Counted from the first letter of the stretch, positions 9,848 through 21,779 are shown. The stretch is DNA of 64,000 nucleotides from Acidobacteriota bacterium (GCA_019244185.1 JAFATB010000023.1:384001-448000), one strand, 5' to 3'. Notes: a model not told the origin generated them from the letters alone. Translations and numbers: made by a program.

Positions 9848-10617
9848 TCCGAGCCGTCGCATTCGATCTCTGGGAAACGCTGATCACGGACACGCCCGAT
9901 CTGTCGCGGAGTCAGGAGCGGCTGCGCACCTCGCGCATGGAAGCGATCCTGACCGCGCGCGGCTACGGCGCGCTCGCCGATCGCATCGAGCACGCGTATC
10001 GCGCGCTGTGGCGCCGCTGCCACGAGCTCTATTGGTCAGCGGACCTCGACGTGCCGTGCCGCCGGCAGATCGAGCACTTTCTCGAAGAGCTCGAAGTGGA
10101 CGTGCGCGAGTTCGACGAAGCGATGCTCGCGGAGCTCGAGCACGCATACGCGCACGCGGCGGTCGACGTGCCGCCGGCCGTCGTCGCGGGTGCCGCGGAG
10201 ACGCTGCGCGCGCTCAAGTCGCGCGGCCTCGGCGTGGGTCTCATCAGCAACACCGGACGCACGCCGGGCTACGCGTTGCGGCGGATTCTCGACGTGCTCG
10301 GCCTCGCGTCGTCGATCGATGTGATGGTGTTTTCGAACGAACACGGCGCGTGCAAGCCGCAGCCGTCGATCTTCGAGGAGCTGCGGCGCGGTCTCGGCGT
10401 CGCGTACGACGAGCTGGTGTTCGTCGGCGACAACGCGTACGTCGACGTGCACGGCGCGCAGCGTTGCGGGATGCGGGCGGTGCTGTTCGAGCCGCCGGTA
10501 CGCGGCACCGCGGTCGCGCCGCCGGTCGAGCACGGACTGACGATCGTGCCGGATGCGACGGTGCACGCGCTGCCGGAGCTCGTGGAGGTCATCGACAGCC
10601 TTGGCGCACGCGGATAA
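9844..10617 (+). CDS. HAD superfamily hydrolase
   Basis: AFDLWETL motif I, ISNT motif [18 protein letters not shown]; TTG overlaps the upstream stop. Confidence 0.88.
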   Translation: MIRAVAFDLWETLITDTPDLSRSQERLRTSRMEAILTARGYGALADRIEHAYRALWRRCHELYWSADLDVPCRRQIEHFLEELEVDVREFDEAMLAELEHAYAHAAVDVPPAVVAGAAETLRALKSRGLGVGLISNTGRTPGYALRRILDVLGLASSIDVMVFSNEHGACKPQPSIFEELRRGLGVAYDELVFVGDNAYVDVHGAQRCGMRAVLFEPPVRGTAVAPPVEHGLTIVPDATVHALPELVEVIDSLGARG

Positions 10618-11443
10618 GGATTTCGTCGAGCTGCGCACGCAGCATCTGACGATCGACGGACGCTCGCGCGCGGGGCACGAGACGTACTTTCGCGTGCGCG
10701 AGCTCGGCGTCGCGCTCGACATCGGACGCTGTCCCGATCTCGTCGTGCCGCTCGCCCACGTCTTCATCACGCACGCGCACCTCGATCACGCCGCGGGCAT
10801 TCCGTTCTACGCGGGCCAGCGCAAGCTGCAGGGGCTCGACGGCGGCACGATCTACGTGCCGCGCGAATCGGCGGACGACGTCCGCGCGCTGCTCGCGATC
10901 CAGGAGAAGCTGACCGGCGCGGAGTTCGAGGTCGAGGTGATCGGCGTCGCGGCGGGCGAGGAAGTGCGCGTCGGGCGGCGGCTCTTCGTGCGGGCGCATG
11001 CCGCGCCGCATCGCGTGGCCGCGCGCGCGTACGAATTCATCGAGTCGCGCCATCATCTGCGCGAGGAGTTCGCCTCGCTCGCCAGCGACGAGCTCGCGCA
11101 GCTGCGGCGTGAAGGCGTCGCCGTCGAGGAGGAGTTCCGGCGTTCGGTGCTGCTGTACACGGGCGACACGGATCGCGGCTTCCTCGAGCGGTGCGAGGCG
11201 GCGTTCACGGCCGAGGTGCTGATGATCGAGTGCTCGTTCGTCGCGGAAGGACATCAGGACCGCGCGGCGCGGTACCGGCACATCCACATCGACGATCTCG
11301 CGGATTTCGCGGATCGTTTTCAGAACGAGGCGGTGATCCTCACGCACTTCTCGCGGCGCTACTCGCGGGAGGTGATCCGGGAGGCGGTGCGGCAACGGCT
11401 GCCGCATGCGCTGCGCGAGAAGGTGCGGGTCGCTCTGCCGTAG
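10601..11443 (+). CDS. Metallo-beta-lactamase-fold hydrolase, short tRNase Z-like
   Basis: THAHLDH, YTGDT, IECSF, HIH and LTHFSRRY motifs; start (TTG 10601) uncertain. Confidence 0.8.
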   Translation: MAHADKDFVELRTQHLTIDGRSRAGHETYFRVRELGVALDIGRCPDLVVPLAHVFITHAHLDHAAGIPFYAGQRKLQGLDGGTIYVPRESADDVRALLAIQEKLTGAEFEVEVIGVAAGEEVRVGRRLFVRAHAAPHRVAARAYEFIESRHHLREEFASLASDELAQLRREGVAVEEEFRRSVLLYTGDTDRGFLERCEAAFTAEVLMIECSFVAEGHQDRAARYRHIHIDDLADFADRFQNEAVILTHFSRRYSREVIREAVRQRLPHALREKVRVALP

Positions 11444-11491
11444 CACCATCTTTGCACGGTGGGCGCACGCAGAAAGGTATTCTTCGCCGCA

Positions 11492-13030
11492 ATGACCGTT
11501 CGTGGCTCGCGCCTGGTTGCGCTCCTCGCAGTTCTGCTGATCGCGCTGGTGGATCCCTCCGCCGGCGCGGCGACGAAAAAGAAAACAACGAAGAAGTCGA
11601 CGCACCGTCGCGCCGCCGCGACGCGCAAGGCCGCGCCGGCACCGGTCGAAGCAGCGACCGGCGCGACGTTCGAGGAGCGGCTCGCATCGCTCGTGAACGG
11701 CCGGACGTCGGCCAGCGCCGACACGAGCATCCAGGTCGTCGAGCTCGAGTCGGGACGCGTCGTGGCCGAGCGCAATCCGCACATGGTGCTCGCGCCGGCG
11801 TCGAACATGAAGCTCTTCACGACGGCGGCGGCCATCGACATCCTCAAGCCGTCGTTCGAGGTGACGACCGGCGTCTACGCGCGCGGCGACATTGACGCGA
11901 GCGGCACGCTCAACGGCGATCTCAAGTTCGTCGGCCACGGCGACCCGACCATCGGCGGCCGCTTTCACGACGGCTCGGCGACCGCGGTCATTCAGGACTG
12001 GGCCGCGGATCTGCGCCGCGCCGGCATCAAGAACGTGCACGGCAATCTCGTCTTCGAGTACGGCTACATGGACACGGAGTACATCCATCCGACGTGGCCG
12101 GTCGATCAGCTGGTGAACTGGTACGAGGCGCCGGTGTCGGCGTTCTCGATGCAGGAAGGGTGCGTCGAAGTGCGCGTGCTGCCGAGCCGCGCGGGACAGC
12201 AATGCGTCGTGCAGCTCGAGCCGCCGACGGCGTTCCTCAACGTGCAGAACAGCTGTCGCACGGGCGGCGGGCTGCCGTTCATCACGCGGCAGCGCGGCTC
12301 GAACACGATCATCGTGCGCGGCGGCGTCCCCGCGCGTTCGGGCGCGACGGAAGTCTTCGTCACCGTCGAGAATCCGATTCAGTACTTCGCGTCGGTGACG
12401 AACGAGGCGCTGCAGCGCGCGGGCATCAGCATCAGCGGCACGATCCTCCTCACGCCGCGCGACGCGCGCACCGACTGGCGTCTGCTCACGAAGCATTCGA
12501 CGCCGCTCAGCATCCTCGTCTACGTGATCAACAAAAAGAGCCAGAACCATTACGCCGAGCAGGTCGTGAAGATGATCGGCGCGGAGCGGCGGAACCAGGG
12601 CTCGTGGGCGAGCGGCACGGCTTCGGTGAAGGAGTGGCTGACGACGAAAGTCGGCGTGCCGGAAGGGGAATTCTCACCGACCGACGGCAGCGGTATGTCG
12701 CGCAACAATCGCGCGTCGTCGTTCGCGTTCATCCAGCTGCTGCGTTACATGTGGAAGACGCCGTGGCGCGAGGAGTTCGTCAGCTCGCTGCCGTACTCCG
12801 GAGATCTCGACTCGAAGTTCGGCCATCGTCTCCGGAATCCGCCGTACGCGCGGCAGGTGTACGCGAAGACCGGCTACATCTCCGGCGTGATCGGCTTGTC
12901 GGGCTACGTCCACGCGCAGAGCGGCAAGGTTTACGCGTTCTCGTTCCTCTTCAACCGCTATCGCGTCGGCGTGTTCGCGGTGTACCGGCTGGAAGATGAG
13001 ATGCTGAAAGAGATCATCAAGAACGGCTAA
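11492..13030 (+). CDS. dacB: D-Ala-D-Ala carboxypeptidase/endopeptidase PBP4 (peptidase S13)
   Basis: Signal peptide, ASNMK (SxxK), GDPT, SQN (SxN), DGSGMSR, AKTG. Confidence 0.93.
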   Translation: MTVRGSRLVALLAVLLIALVDPSAGAATKKKTTKKSTHRRAAATRKAAPAPVEAATGATFEERLASLVNGRTSASADTSIQVVELESGRVVAERNPHMVLAPASNMKLFTTAAAIDILKPSFEVTTGVYARGDIDASGTLNGDLKFVGHGDPTIGGRFHDGSATAVIQDWAADLRRAGIKNVHGNLVFEYGYMDTEYIHPTWPVDQLVNWYEAPVSAFSMQEGCVEVRVLPSRAGQQCVVQLEPPTAFLNVQNSCRTGGGLPFITRQRGSNTIIVRGGVPARSGATEVFVTVENPIQYFASVTNEALQRAGISISGTILLTPRDARTDWRLLTKHSTPLSILVYVINKKSQNHYAEQVVKMIGAERRNQGSWASGTASVKEWLTTKVGVPEGEFSPTDGSGMSRNNRASSFAFIQLLRYMWKTPWREEFVSSLPYSGDLDSKFGHRLRNPPYARQVYAKTGYISGVIGLSGYVHAQSGKVYAFSFLFNRYRVGVFAVYRLEDEMLKEIIKNG

Positions 13031-13033
13031 AAG

Positions 13034-13148
13034 CTGAATGAAGAACGCAGAACGCAGAACGAAGAATTGAGAAAAGAGAGACGTGCGTGCGCTAAAGCGC
13101 ACGCCACCACAATTCTTCATTCTGCGTTCTGCGTTCTGAATTCTTCAT

Positions 13149-13152
<4 letters not shown>
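13034..13152. repeat. Palindrome of two inverted GAAYGMA heptamer arrays around an internal GC hairpin; candidate bidirectional terminator
   Basis: Left arm 13034-13069 and reverse-complement right arm 13110-13152; inner stem GCGTGCGCT-AA-AGCGCACGC 13085-13104; lies between convergent genes. Confidence 0.9.
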
Positions 13153-15046
<1,894 letters not shown>

Positions 15047-15053
15047 CGACACG

Positions 15054-15422
15054 TTGAGCGCGGACGCCGGCGAGGCCGTGACCGACTTTGCAGTGCGCGT
15101 CAACGACGAGCACCGCATCGAGTTCGTCAGCGCGTCGCGCGGACGGCTGGCGAGCTTTCCCGCGTGGGAACACGCCGACCGTGATCTGCGCCACTTCGTC
15201 GCCGCGGACGTGCCGCTCGGCACGTTCGACGCGCCCTACGAGGACGCCGACGAAGGGTGGCGCATCGCCATCTACGAGCACGCCGGCTGGGTGTACGTCG
15301 ACGAGAACGGCGTCTCATTTCGCGTGCCGCGCGAGCGGTACCTGCGCGCGTGGGCGGCGGTGATCGATCAGTTCAATCCGATCACGCCGCTGGACGACGG
15401 CGATTCCGGCGATCCCGCATAG
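15054..15422 (+). CDS. Hypothetical protein
   Basis: Fills the gap between guaB and the decarboxylase with host codon usage; start TTG 15054 or GTG 15078. Confidence 0.6.
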   Translation: MSADAGEAVTDFAVRVNDEHRIEFVSASRGRLASFPAWEHADRDLRHFVAADVPLGTFDAPYEDADEGWRIAIYEHAGWVYVDENGVSFRVPRERYLRAWAAVIDQFNPITPLDDGDSGDPA

Positions 15423-15434
15423 AATCCGCGCGCC

Positions 15435-16751
15435 ATGGAATCGCGCGCCTACGCTCACGCGCTCGTCGACCTGCTGTTCGATCACGTCGAGAACGTCGCC
15501 ACGCGCCCCGTCGTCGAGTGGACGCCCGCGCGGGAACTGCGCGACCTCGTGCGCATCGACGGCACGACGCGCGATCCGCTCGCGCTCGCGCAACTCGTCG
15601 CACGCTACTCGATCCAGCTGCACCATCCGTCGTACATGGGGCATCAGGTCTGCCCGCCGATTCTCGACGCCGCCACGACCGATCTCCTGATCTCGTTTCT
15701 CAATCAGTCGACCGCGGTGTGGGAGATGAGTCCGATCGGGACGGTCATCGAGAAAGAGATCGTGCGCTGGCTGGCCGATCGCGCCGGCTATCCCGACACC
15801 GCCGAAGGCACGGCCGTCTCCGGCGGCTCGGCGGCGAATCTCACGGGCCTCCTCGCGGCGCGCGCGCGATTCGACGCGACCAAACGTCCGATCGTCGTCG
15901 TGGGCGCCGACGCGCATTACTCGATCGCGCGCGCGGCCGCGATGATGGGCATTCCGCCGGCGGATGTGCTGAAGGTCGCCACCGACGACGCGCATCGCAT
16001 GGACGTCGCGGCGCTCGAAGAAACGCTCGCCGCGGTGGAAGCGCGCGGCGACGCGGCGGTGCTCGCGATCGTGGCGACGTCGGGCTCGACCGCCACCGGC
16101 GCGTTCGACAAGCTCGACGAGATCGCGCTCCTGCGCGACCGCTACCGCACGTGGCTGCACGTCGACGCGGCGCACGGCGCGTCGGTCCTGTTGAGCGACT
16201 CGCTTGCGCATCTCGTGCGCGGCCTCGAACAGTCCGACTCTTTCTCCTGGGATCCGCACAAGATGATGTGGATGCCGCTCTCCCTCGGCAGCATCCTCGT
16301 GCGCGACGGCGTCTGGCTGCGCCGCGCGTTCGAAGCGGATGCGCCGTATCTCTTCCACGCCGGCTCGGAAAACCTCGGCGAGATGACGATCCAGTGCTCG
16401 AAACGCGCGGACGCGATCAAGCTCTGGCTCGTGCTGCAGTCGCGCGGCACCGCGCCGATCGTCGACGCCATCGAGCGCACCGCGGCGCTGACGCGCTATC
16501 TCTACGAGCGCATCGTCGCTTCGGACGACTTCGAGCCGGTGCACGAGCCGGCGCTGAACATCCTCTGCTTCCGCCGCCGCGGCTTCGACGACGAGCAGAC
16601 CGCGGCTCTGCGCGAGCGATTGCTGCGCAGCGGCAAGGCGTGGATCACGACGACCGTGCTGCGCAACGAGCGCGTGCTGCGCGTGACCATGATGAATCCG
16701 CGCACGACCGAGCGCGACGTGGATGCAATGCTCAACGCGCTGAGGGAGTGA
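15435..16751 (+). CDS. Group II PLP-dependent amino acid decarboxylase (DABA/aromatic decarboxylase-like)
   Basis: HHPSYMGHQ, SGGSAAN, WLHVDAAHG, DSFSWDPHK (PLP lysine). Confidence 0.9.
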   Translation: MESRAYAHALVDLLFDHVENVATRPVVEWTPARELRDLVRIDGTTRDPLALAQLVARYSIQLHHPSYMGHQVCPPILDAATTDLLISFLNQSTAVWEMSPIGTVIEKEIVRWLADRAGYPDTAEGTAVSGGSAANLTGLLAARARFDATKRPIVVVGADAHYSIARAAAMMGIPPADVLKVATDDAHRMDVAALEETLAAVEARGDAAVLAIVATSGSTATGAFDKLDEIALLRDRYRTWLHVDAAHGASVLLSDSLAHLVRGLEQSDSFSWDPHKMMWMPLSLGSILVRDGVWLRRAFEADAPYLFHAGSENLGEMTIQCSKRADAIKLWLVLQSRGTAPIVDAIERTAALTRYLYERIVASDDFEPVHEPALNILCFRRRGFDDEQTAALRERLLRSGKAWITTTVLRNERVLRVTMMNPRTTERDVDAMLNALRE

Positions 16752-16752
16752 C

Positions 16753-17472
16753 GTGCTGCGCGTCGTGCTGGTCGAGCCGCGCGAGGCGGGGAACGTCGGC
16801 GCCGTCGCGCGCGCGATGAAGAACTTCGGCTTCGACGAGCTCGTGATCGCCGGCGAGCATCCGCAGCTGCTTCCCGTCGCCGGCTGGTGGGCGAGCGGCG
16901 CGGACGATCTCCTCGCAAACGCGCGCTTCGTACCGACGCTCGCCGATGCGCTGGCGGACGCGCACGTCACGGTCGCCACGACGTCGATGCGCGGCCGCAC
17001 GAATCCGGTCACGTTCACGCCGCGGACGCTCGCCGAGAAGTTCGCCACGCTCGCGCGCGAACAGACGCTCGCGCTCGTCTTCGGCCGCGAGGACAGCGGT
17101 CTCACGCGCGATGAGCTCGTGCTCTGCCAGTACACGGCCGCGATTCCGGCGAACCACGCGTTCCCGACGATGAACCTCGCGCAGGCGGCGTGCGTCTTCT
17201 GCTACGAGCTCTCGTCGATCGCGCCCGCGGAGACGTCACGCGCGTTCGCCGACGCGGGCTCGGTCGAGCGGCTGCACCAGCGCGCGCGGGCGCTGCTGCT
17301 CGAGTCGGGGTTCCTGCACGCGAACAATCCCGACCGCATCTACGACGACGTGCGCGCGATGATCGCCCGCGCCGATCTCGACGCGCGCGAGGTCACCATC
17401 GCCCTGGGGATCATTCGGCAGCTCGAGTGGAAACTCCGGAACGCTGCTCGCCCGTCTGATGCAGGCGATTGA
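16753..17472 (+). CDS. trmJ: tRNA 2'-O-methyltransferase TrmJ/LasT (SPOUT)
   Basis: VVLVEP..AGNVGAVARAMKNFG, LVFGREDSGLT, MNLAQA. Confidence 0.88.
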   Translation: MLRVVLVEPREAGNVGAVARAMKNFGFDELVIAGEHPQLLPVAGWWASGADDLLANARFVPTLADALADAHVTVATTSMRGRTNPVTFTPRTLAEKFATLAREQTLALVFGREDSGLTRDELVLCQYTAAIPANHAFPTMNLAQAACVFCYELSSIAPAETSRAFADAGSVERLHQRARALLLESGFLHANNPDRIYDDVRAMIARADLDAREVTIALGIIRQLEWKLRNAARPSDAGD

Positions 17473-17857
17473 GACATTCGGAGATGATCTCGATGAACGT
17501 GTCGAGATCGAACGGCTTCAAGATCGAGTTGCAGACCGCGCTCGGCGGGATCTTGTCGACGCCGCGTTTGCCCGCGGCGGTGAAGACGATGATGTGCGGC
17601 CGGTCGTCGGGCGCATACTTCTGCCCGATCTGCTCGATGAACTCGTAGCCGTTGAGGCGCGGCATCATCAGATCGAGCAGGATCAGATCGAACGCGCCGT
17701 CATGCTGCAGTTTGTCGAGACCCGCCGCGCCGTCTTCCGCCAGCGCCACGTCGAATTTCATCCGCCGCAGAACCGCCTGCAGCAGCACTCGGATCGCAAG
17801 GTCATCGTCGATGACCAGAATCCGTCGTCCTGTGCCGTCAATCTTGTGTACGGGCAT
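17411..17857 (-). CDS. Single-domain response regulator receiver
   Basis: ILVIDDD, LILLDLMMP (phospho-Asp), FTA, KPFD. Confidence 0.9.
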   Translation of the reverse strand: MPVHKIDGTGRRILVIDDDLAIRVLLQAVLRRMKFDVALAEDGAAGLDKLQHDGAFDLILLDLMMPRLNGYEFIEQIGQKYAPDDRPHIIVFTAAGKRGVDKIPPSAVCNSILKPFDLDTFIEIISECLNRLHQTGEQRSGVSTRAAE

Positions 17858-17979
17858 GGCGCTCGCGCTCGTCCGAAAATGCGAAAGTCATACCGGCCTG
17901 AGGTGTTCTCACAATCAGATTACACCGAACCGCAAGCCGAACGTATCGCCGGAGGCATGTTACGTCCGATGCAAACGAA

Positions 17980-18465
17980 ATGATCTTCGCGTTTCGCCCG
18001 TGGGTCCGGCGAGCAGGACTGTCGATCGTGCTCACCGCCGCGGCCATCTCCGCGGCCATCGCGCTCGCTCTTCTCTTCGTTCCCGGCGCGCGCTACGGCT
18101 GGATCGGCGAACGCTTCGTCTGGGTCTACATCGGCACGCTGTGGCTCGGCGGACTGAAAGTGTGGCTCGGCACGCGGCGCCCGATCGCGGAGGTGCGCGA
18201 CGACACGTTGACGCTGCGGCCACTGCATCAATTCCGGACACGTGTCGTGCGTTGGGACGCATTGCGCGGCACCGAGCAGCTGACCGGCGGCGATCGTCTC
18301 ATCGTTTATTTCGAGACGCCGCGCGGTCTACGCTTCGTGGCGCTCAATCTCAACCTCGTGAAGGGACGCCGCGACTTTCTCGCGCTCATGGACAAGCGAC
18401 TCTACGCCATGCAGTTCGTCGAGAAGATCGTCGACCGCTCGCGGTATCTTTCCCGACCGACATGA
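17980..18465 (+). CDS. Hypothetical membrane protein (2 TM plus soluble domain)
   Basis: Two hydrophobic helices; ATGA overlap with ligA. Confidence 0.65.
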   Translation: MIFAFRPWVRRAGLSIVLTAAAISAAIALALLFVPGARYGWIGERFVWVYIGTLWLGGLKVWLGTRRPIAEVRDDTLTLRPLHQFRTRVVRWDALRGTEQLTGGDRLIVYFETPRGLRFVALNLNLVKGRRDFLALMDKRLYAMQFVEKIVDRSRYLSRPT

Positions 18466-20444
18466 GCGTGAAGCAGGACATCGAGCGCCTCCGCAAGGAG
18501 CTCGAACGCCACAACCGCCTCTACTACCTCGACGCGACGCCGGAGATCAGCGACTTCGAGTTCGATCAGCTGCTCCGCCGCCTCGACGAGCTCGAGAAGG
18601 CGCATCCGCAATACGACGATCCGAACTCGCCCACGAAGCGCGTCGGCGGCGCGCCCATCGACAGCTTTCCCACCGTCGTGCACGAGCCGCCGATGCTGTC
18701 GATCGAGAACGCGTACACGCTCGACGAGCTGCGCGAGTGGCACGAGCGCGTGCTCCGCGGCCTCGGACGCGAGACCGTCGAATACGAGGCCGAGCTGAAG
18801 ATCGACGGCGTATCGATCTCGCTGCTCTACGAGAACGGCGCGCTCGCCTGCGGCGCGACGCGCGGCGACGGCGTGCGCGGTGACGACGTCACGCCGAACG
18901 TCCGCACCGTCCGCGCGCTCCCGCTCAAGATCGACCGCAAGGTGAAACGCCTCGAGGTGCGCGGCGAGATCTACATCTCCAAGCGCGACTTCGCGCTGCT
19001 CAATCAAGACCTCGACGAAGAGGAACAGCTCGCGAATCCGCGTAACGCCGCCGCCGGCTCGCTGCGCCAGAAGGATCCCAAGCTCGTCGCCGCGCGGCGC
19101 CTCAGCGCGTACCTCTACCACGTCGTGAGCGTCGACGGCCGCCAGCCGGAATCGCAATGGGACGCCTACGCGCTCCTCGAGCGCCTCGGTGTCCCGACCA
19201 ATCCGCAGCGCGCGCTCTGCGCGACGCTCGACGACGTCGTCGCGTTCATCGAAACGTGGCGCGAACGCCGCCACGAGCTCGACTTCGACATCGACGGCAT
19301 CGTCGTGAAAGTGAACCGCCGCGAAGAGCAGCTCGAGCTCGGCGCGACGTCGAAGGCGCCGCGCTGGATCGTCGCGTTCAAGTACCCGCCCGAGGCGGCG
19401 CAGACGATCGTGCGAGCGATCAATCTGTATGTCGGGCGCACCGGCACCGTGACGCCGGTGGCCGAGTTCGACCCGGTGCGCATCGGCGGCACGAAAGTCG
19501 TCAACGCGTCGCTGCACAACTTCGACGAGCTCGCGCGCAAGGACGTGCGCATCGGCGACTCGATCGTCGTCGAAAAAGGCGGCGACATCATCCCGAAAGT
19601 CGTCGACGTGTTGCTCGACAAACGTCCGGACGGCGCCGAACCGTTCGCGGTGCCGGAGCACTGTCCGGTCTGCGGCGAGCCGCTGCATCGCTTCGAAGGC
19701 GAGGTCGCGATCCGCTGCATCAACCAGGGCTGTCCCGCGATCGTGCTGCAGTCGATCACGCACTTCGCCTCGCGCAAGGCCATGGACATCGAAGGCCTCG
19801 GCTGGCAGACCGTGCAGGCGCTGCTCGACGCGAAGCTCGTCTCCGACTACGCGTCGGTCTACGAGCTCACCGTCGAGCAGGTCGCGGCGCTGGAGCGCAA
19901 AGGCGAGAAGTCGGCGTCGAAGCTCATCGAGAACATCGAGCATTCGAAGACGAATGAGCTGTCGCGCCTCATTTTCGGATTGGGCATCCGCTTCGTCGGC
20001 GAGCGCGCGGCGAAGCTGCTCGCGGAGCATTCCCGCTCGCTCGACGCGCTGATGAACGCGACGGCGGAAGAACTGGTCGGCATTCGCGAGATCGGCCCGA
20101 AAGTCGCGGAGGCGGTGACGTTCCACTTCTCCGTCCCCGCTAATCGCGAGCGCATCGAGCGCATGCAGCGCCTCGGCGTCGCGCCGGTGCACGTCGCGAC
20201 GGCGACCGGCGACCGCCTCGCGGGGAAGAGCGTCGTCGTCACGGGAACGCTCACACGCTTTTCGCGCGACGAGATTCACAAGCTCATCGAACGCGAAGGC
20301 GGCAAGCCGGCGAGCGCCGTGTCGTCGAAGACGAGCTACCTCGTCGCCGGCGAGTCCGCGGGCTCGAAGCTGGAGAAGGCGAGGTCGCTCAACGTGCCGG
20401 TGCTGACCGAAGACGAGTTCCTCGCGCTGATCGGCGAGGGGTGA
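18462..20444 (+). CDS. ligA: NAD-dependent DNA ligase
   Basis: ELKIDG adenylation motif, ANPRNAAAGSLRQ, Cys4 zinc finger, HhH, C-terminal BRCT; ATG 18462. Confidence 0.98.
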   Translation: MSVKQDIERLRKELERHNRLYYLDATPEISDFEFDQLLRRLDELEKAHPQYDDPNSPTKRVGGAPIDSFPTVVHEPPMLSIENAYTLDELREWHERVLRGLGRETVEYEAELKIDGVSISLLYENGALACGATRGDGVRGDDVTPNVRTVRALPLKIDRKVKRLEVRGEIYISKRDFALLNQDLDEEEQLANPRNAAAGSLRQKDPKLVAARRLSAYLYHVVSVDGRQPESQWDAYALLERLGVPTNPQRALCATLDDVVAFIETWRERRHELDFDIDGIVVKVNRREEQLELGATSKAPRWIVAFKYPPEAAQTIVRAINLYVGRTGTVTPVAEFDPVRIGGTKVVNASLHNFDELARKDVRIGDSIVVEKGGDIIPKVVDVLLDKRPDGAEPFAVPEHCPVCGEPLHRFEGEVAIRCINQGCPAIVLQSITHFASRKAMDIEGLGWQTVQALLDAKLVSDYASVYELTVEQVAALERKGEKSASKLIENIEHSKTNELSRLIFGLGIRFVGERAAKLLAEHSRSLDALMNATAEELVGIREIGPKVAEAVTFHFSVPANRERIERMQRLGVAPVHVATATGDRLAGKSVVVTGTLTRFSRDEIHKLIEREGGKPASAVSSKTSYLVAGESAGSKLEKARSLNVPVLTEDEFLALIGEG

Positions 20445-21766
20445 TCGAGCGCGAGAACCATCTCGCGATAGGCAGCGAGCGCATGCGCGAACTCGCCGCG
20501 CGCGATCGCGTCGACGCAGAAGCGGATCACGCGATCGATCGATTCGAGGATCGCCTCGCGCCGCGGTGACGCGTCGATCGCGGCGACGATGCGCGGCGCG
20601 ACCGCGTAGTAATGCGCGATGAGCACCTCGCCCTCCGGCAGCGCCCGCACGTACGAGTCGCGGAACGCGCGCAGCGTCGTCAGCTCGTGGCAGTCGTCCG
20701 GCAAGCCGCGCCACGCGACGCACGCGGTGGTGAGGAAGCAGCCGCTCTTGCTGTTGTTGTTACTGCTGCTGCTGCTGCTCGACGATTCGGCCGGCTTCCA
20801 GTGCGTCCGCATTTTCGCGTGCGAGACGGTGAAGAGGTCGCGCGTCGTGACGACGGATTTCGATAGCTTCTCGGCATCGCTGGCGTCGAAGCCGAGGGAC
20901 TCGTAGATGTGCACCGCCGCGAGATTCCGATTCGCTTCGGCTTCGGCGTCGGCATTGTGCTCCAGTTGGGCTTTCGTGAGGTTGGCCATCGCCGATTTCC
21001 GGGTGACGCCGGTGCCGATGTAGATGCCCAGCTTCAGATGTTCCAGCGCGTCGGCGGCGAAGTGATGAAACAGCAGATACCCCGCGCGCGTGCCGCTGGG
21101 CATTCCGTACGCTTCGACGTGCAGCATGTAGGCGTGAGGCAGGTCGTTGTCGAACGAGTACTCCATCCACGCGAGCGGATCCTGGCCGCCTTTCGCGAAG
21201 AGCTCCAGCTTCGTCCCTTTGCTGCTGGCGTTCTTCGTGAGGATGTACTCCGTCCTCGCGGTCTCGCTGTACCACGCCCAGTTGCCCTGGATGACCTGTC
21301 CGTGCCAGAGCGGCGACGGCCCGGATGCGACTTTGCGTTGCGCGACGCGCGTGTTGCGCGCGAACTGACTCGCCAGCCGCTCGGCTTCCTGTTCGAGATG
21401 CTGGTCGTGCACGATGGCGACGCCGCCGCCGTACGGATTCTGCACGCGGCCCGCGCGCTGCTGCACGACGTGCGCAAGCTCCCGCGCGAGCAGCCGCTGG
21501 CCGTGCGGTGTCGATGGGCTGTACGCGCCGGGCGCGAAGTGGATGTGCGAGCCGTGCGTGAACGAGAGCGCGCCGATCGACGCGGCCTCACCGCCGACGT
21601 GCACGCGCACGTCCTGAAAGCTCGCGCCGAAGTGCGCTTCCATCAGCTGCCGAACCGCCGTCGGCAGCATCTCGCCGCCGCCGGGCGGAAGCCGCGTGAC
21701 GTGGGCGGGCAGCGGCTCGCGGCGCACGCCATGTGGAAAGAAGCCCTGGATGACCGCTCCGCGCAT
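20336..21766 (-). CDS. DUF4157 (eCIS core) domain protein with GNAT-like central domain and CFI-box C-terminal domain
   Basis: MEAHFGASFQDVRVH...ALSFTHGSHIHF...LLARELAHVVQQ; NLAAVHIYESLGF; poly-Ser/Asn linker; GCFLTTAC...DCHELTTLRAFRD...YYAVAPRIV. Confidence 0.85.
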   Translation of the reverse strand: MRGAVIQGFFPHGVRREPLPAHVTRLPPGGGEMLPTAVRQLMEAHFGASFQDVRVHVGGEAASIGALSFTHGSHIHFAPGAYSPSTPHGQRLLARELAHVVQQRAGRVQNPYGGGVAIVHDQHLEQEAERLASQFARNTRVAQRKVASGPSPLWHGQVIQGNWAWYSETARTEYILTKNASSKGTKLELFAKGGQDPLAWMEYSFDNDLPHAYMLHVEAYGMPSGTRAGYLLFHHFAADALEHLKLGIYIGTGVTRKSAMANLTKAQLEHNADAEAEANRNLAAVHIYESLGFDASDAEKLSKSVVTTRDLFTVSHAKMRTHWKPAESSSSSSSSNNNSKSGCFLTTACVAWRGLPDDCHELTTLRAFRDSYVRALPEGEVLIAHYYAVAPRIVAAIDASPRREAILESIDRVIRFCVDAIARGEFAHALAAYREMVLALDHPSPISARNSSSVSTGTLSDLAFSSFEPADSPATR

Positions 21767-21779
21767 GCGGAATGATAGA

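Noticed and set aside
15435-16751. Decarboxylase as part of a siderophore cluster
   Set aside because: No NIS synthetase, monooxygenase or aminotransferase nearby; neighbours are guaB and trmJ
17652-18461. 270-aa N-terminal extension of LigA; likewise the long extensions on PbpC (53211), GrpE (28318), the SurA-like protein (25387), VOC (60274) and Tag (2493)
   Set aside because: The extensions overlap other real genes; better starts lie at family N-termini, often with stop/start overlaps
20748-20790. (CTG)n/(TTG)n triplet run as a contingency microsatellite
   Set aside because: In-frame triplets encoding a Ser/Asn linker; length change would not switch the gene
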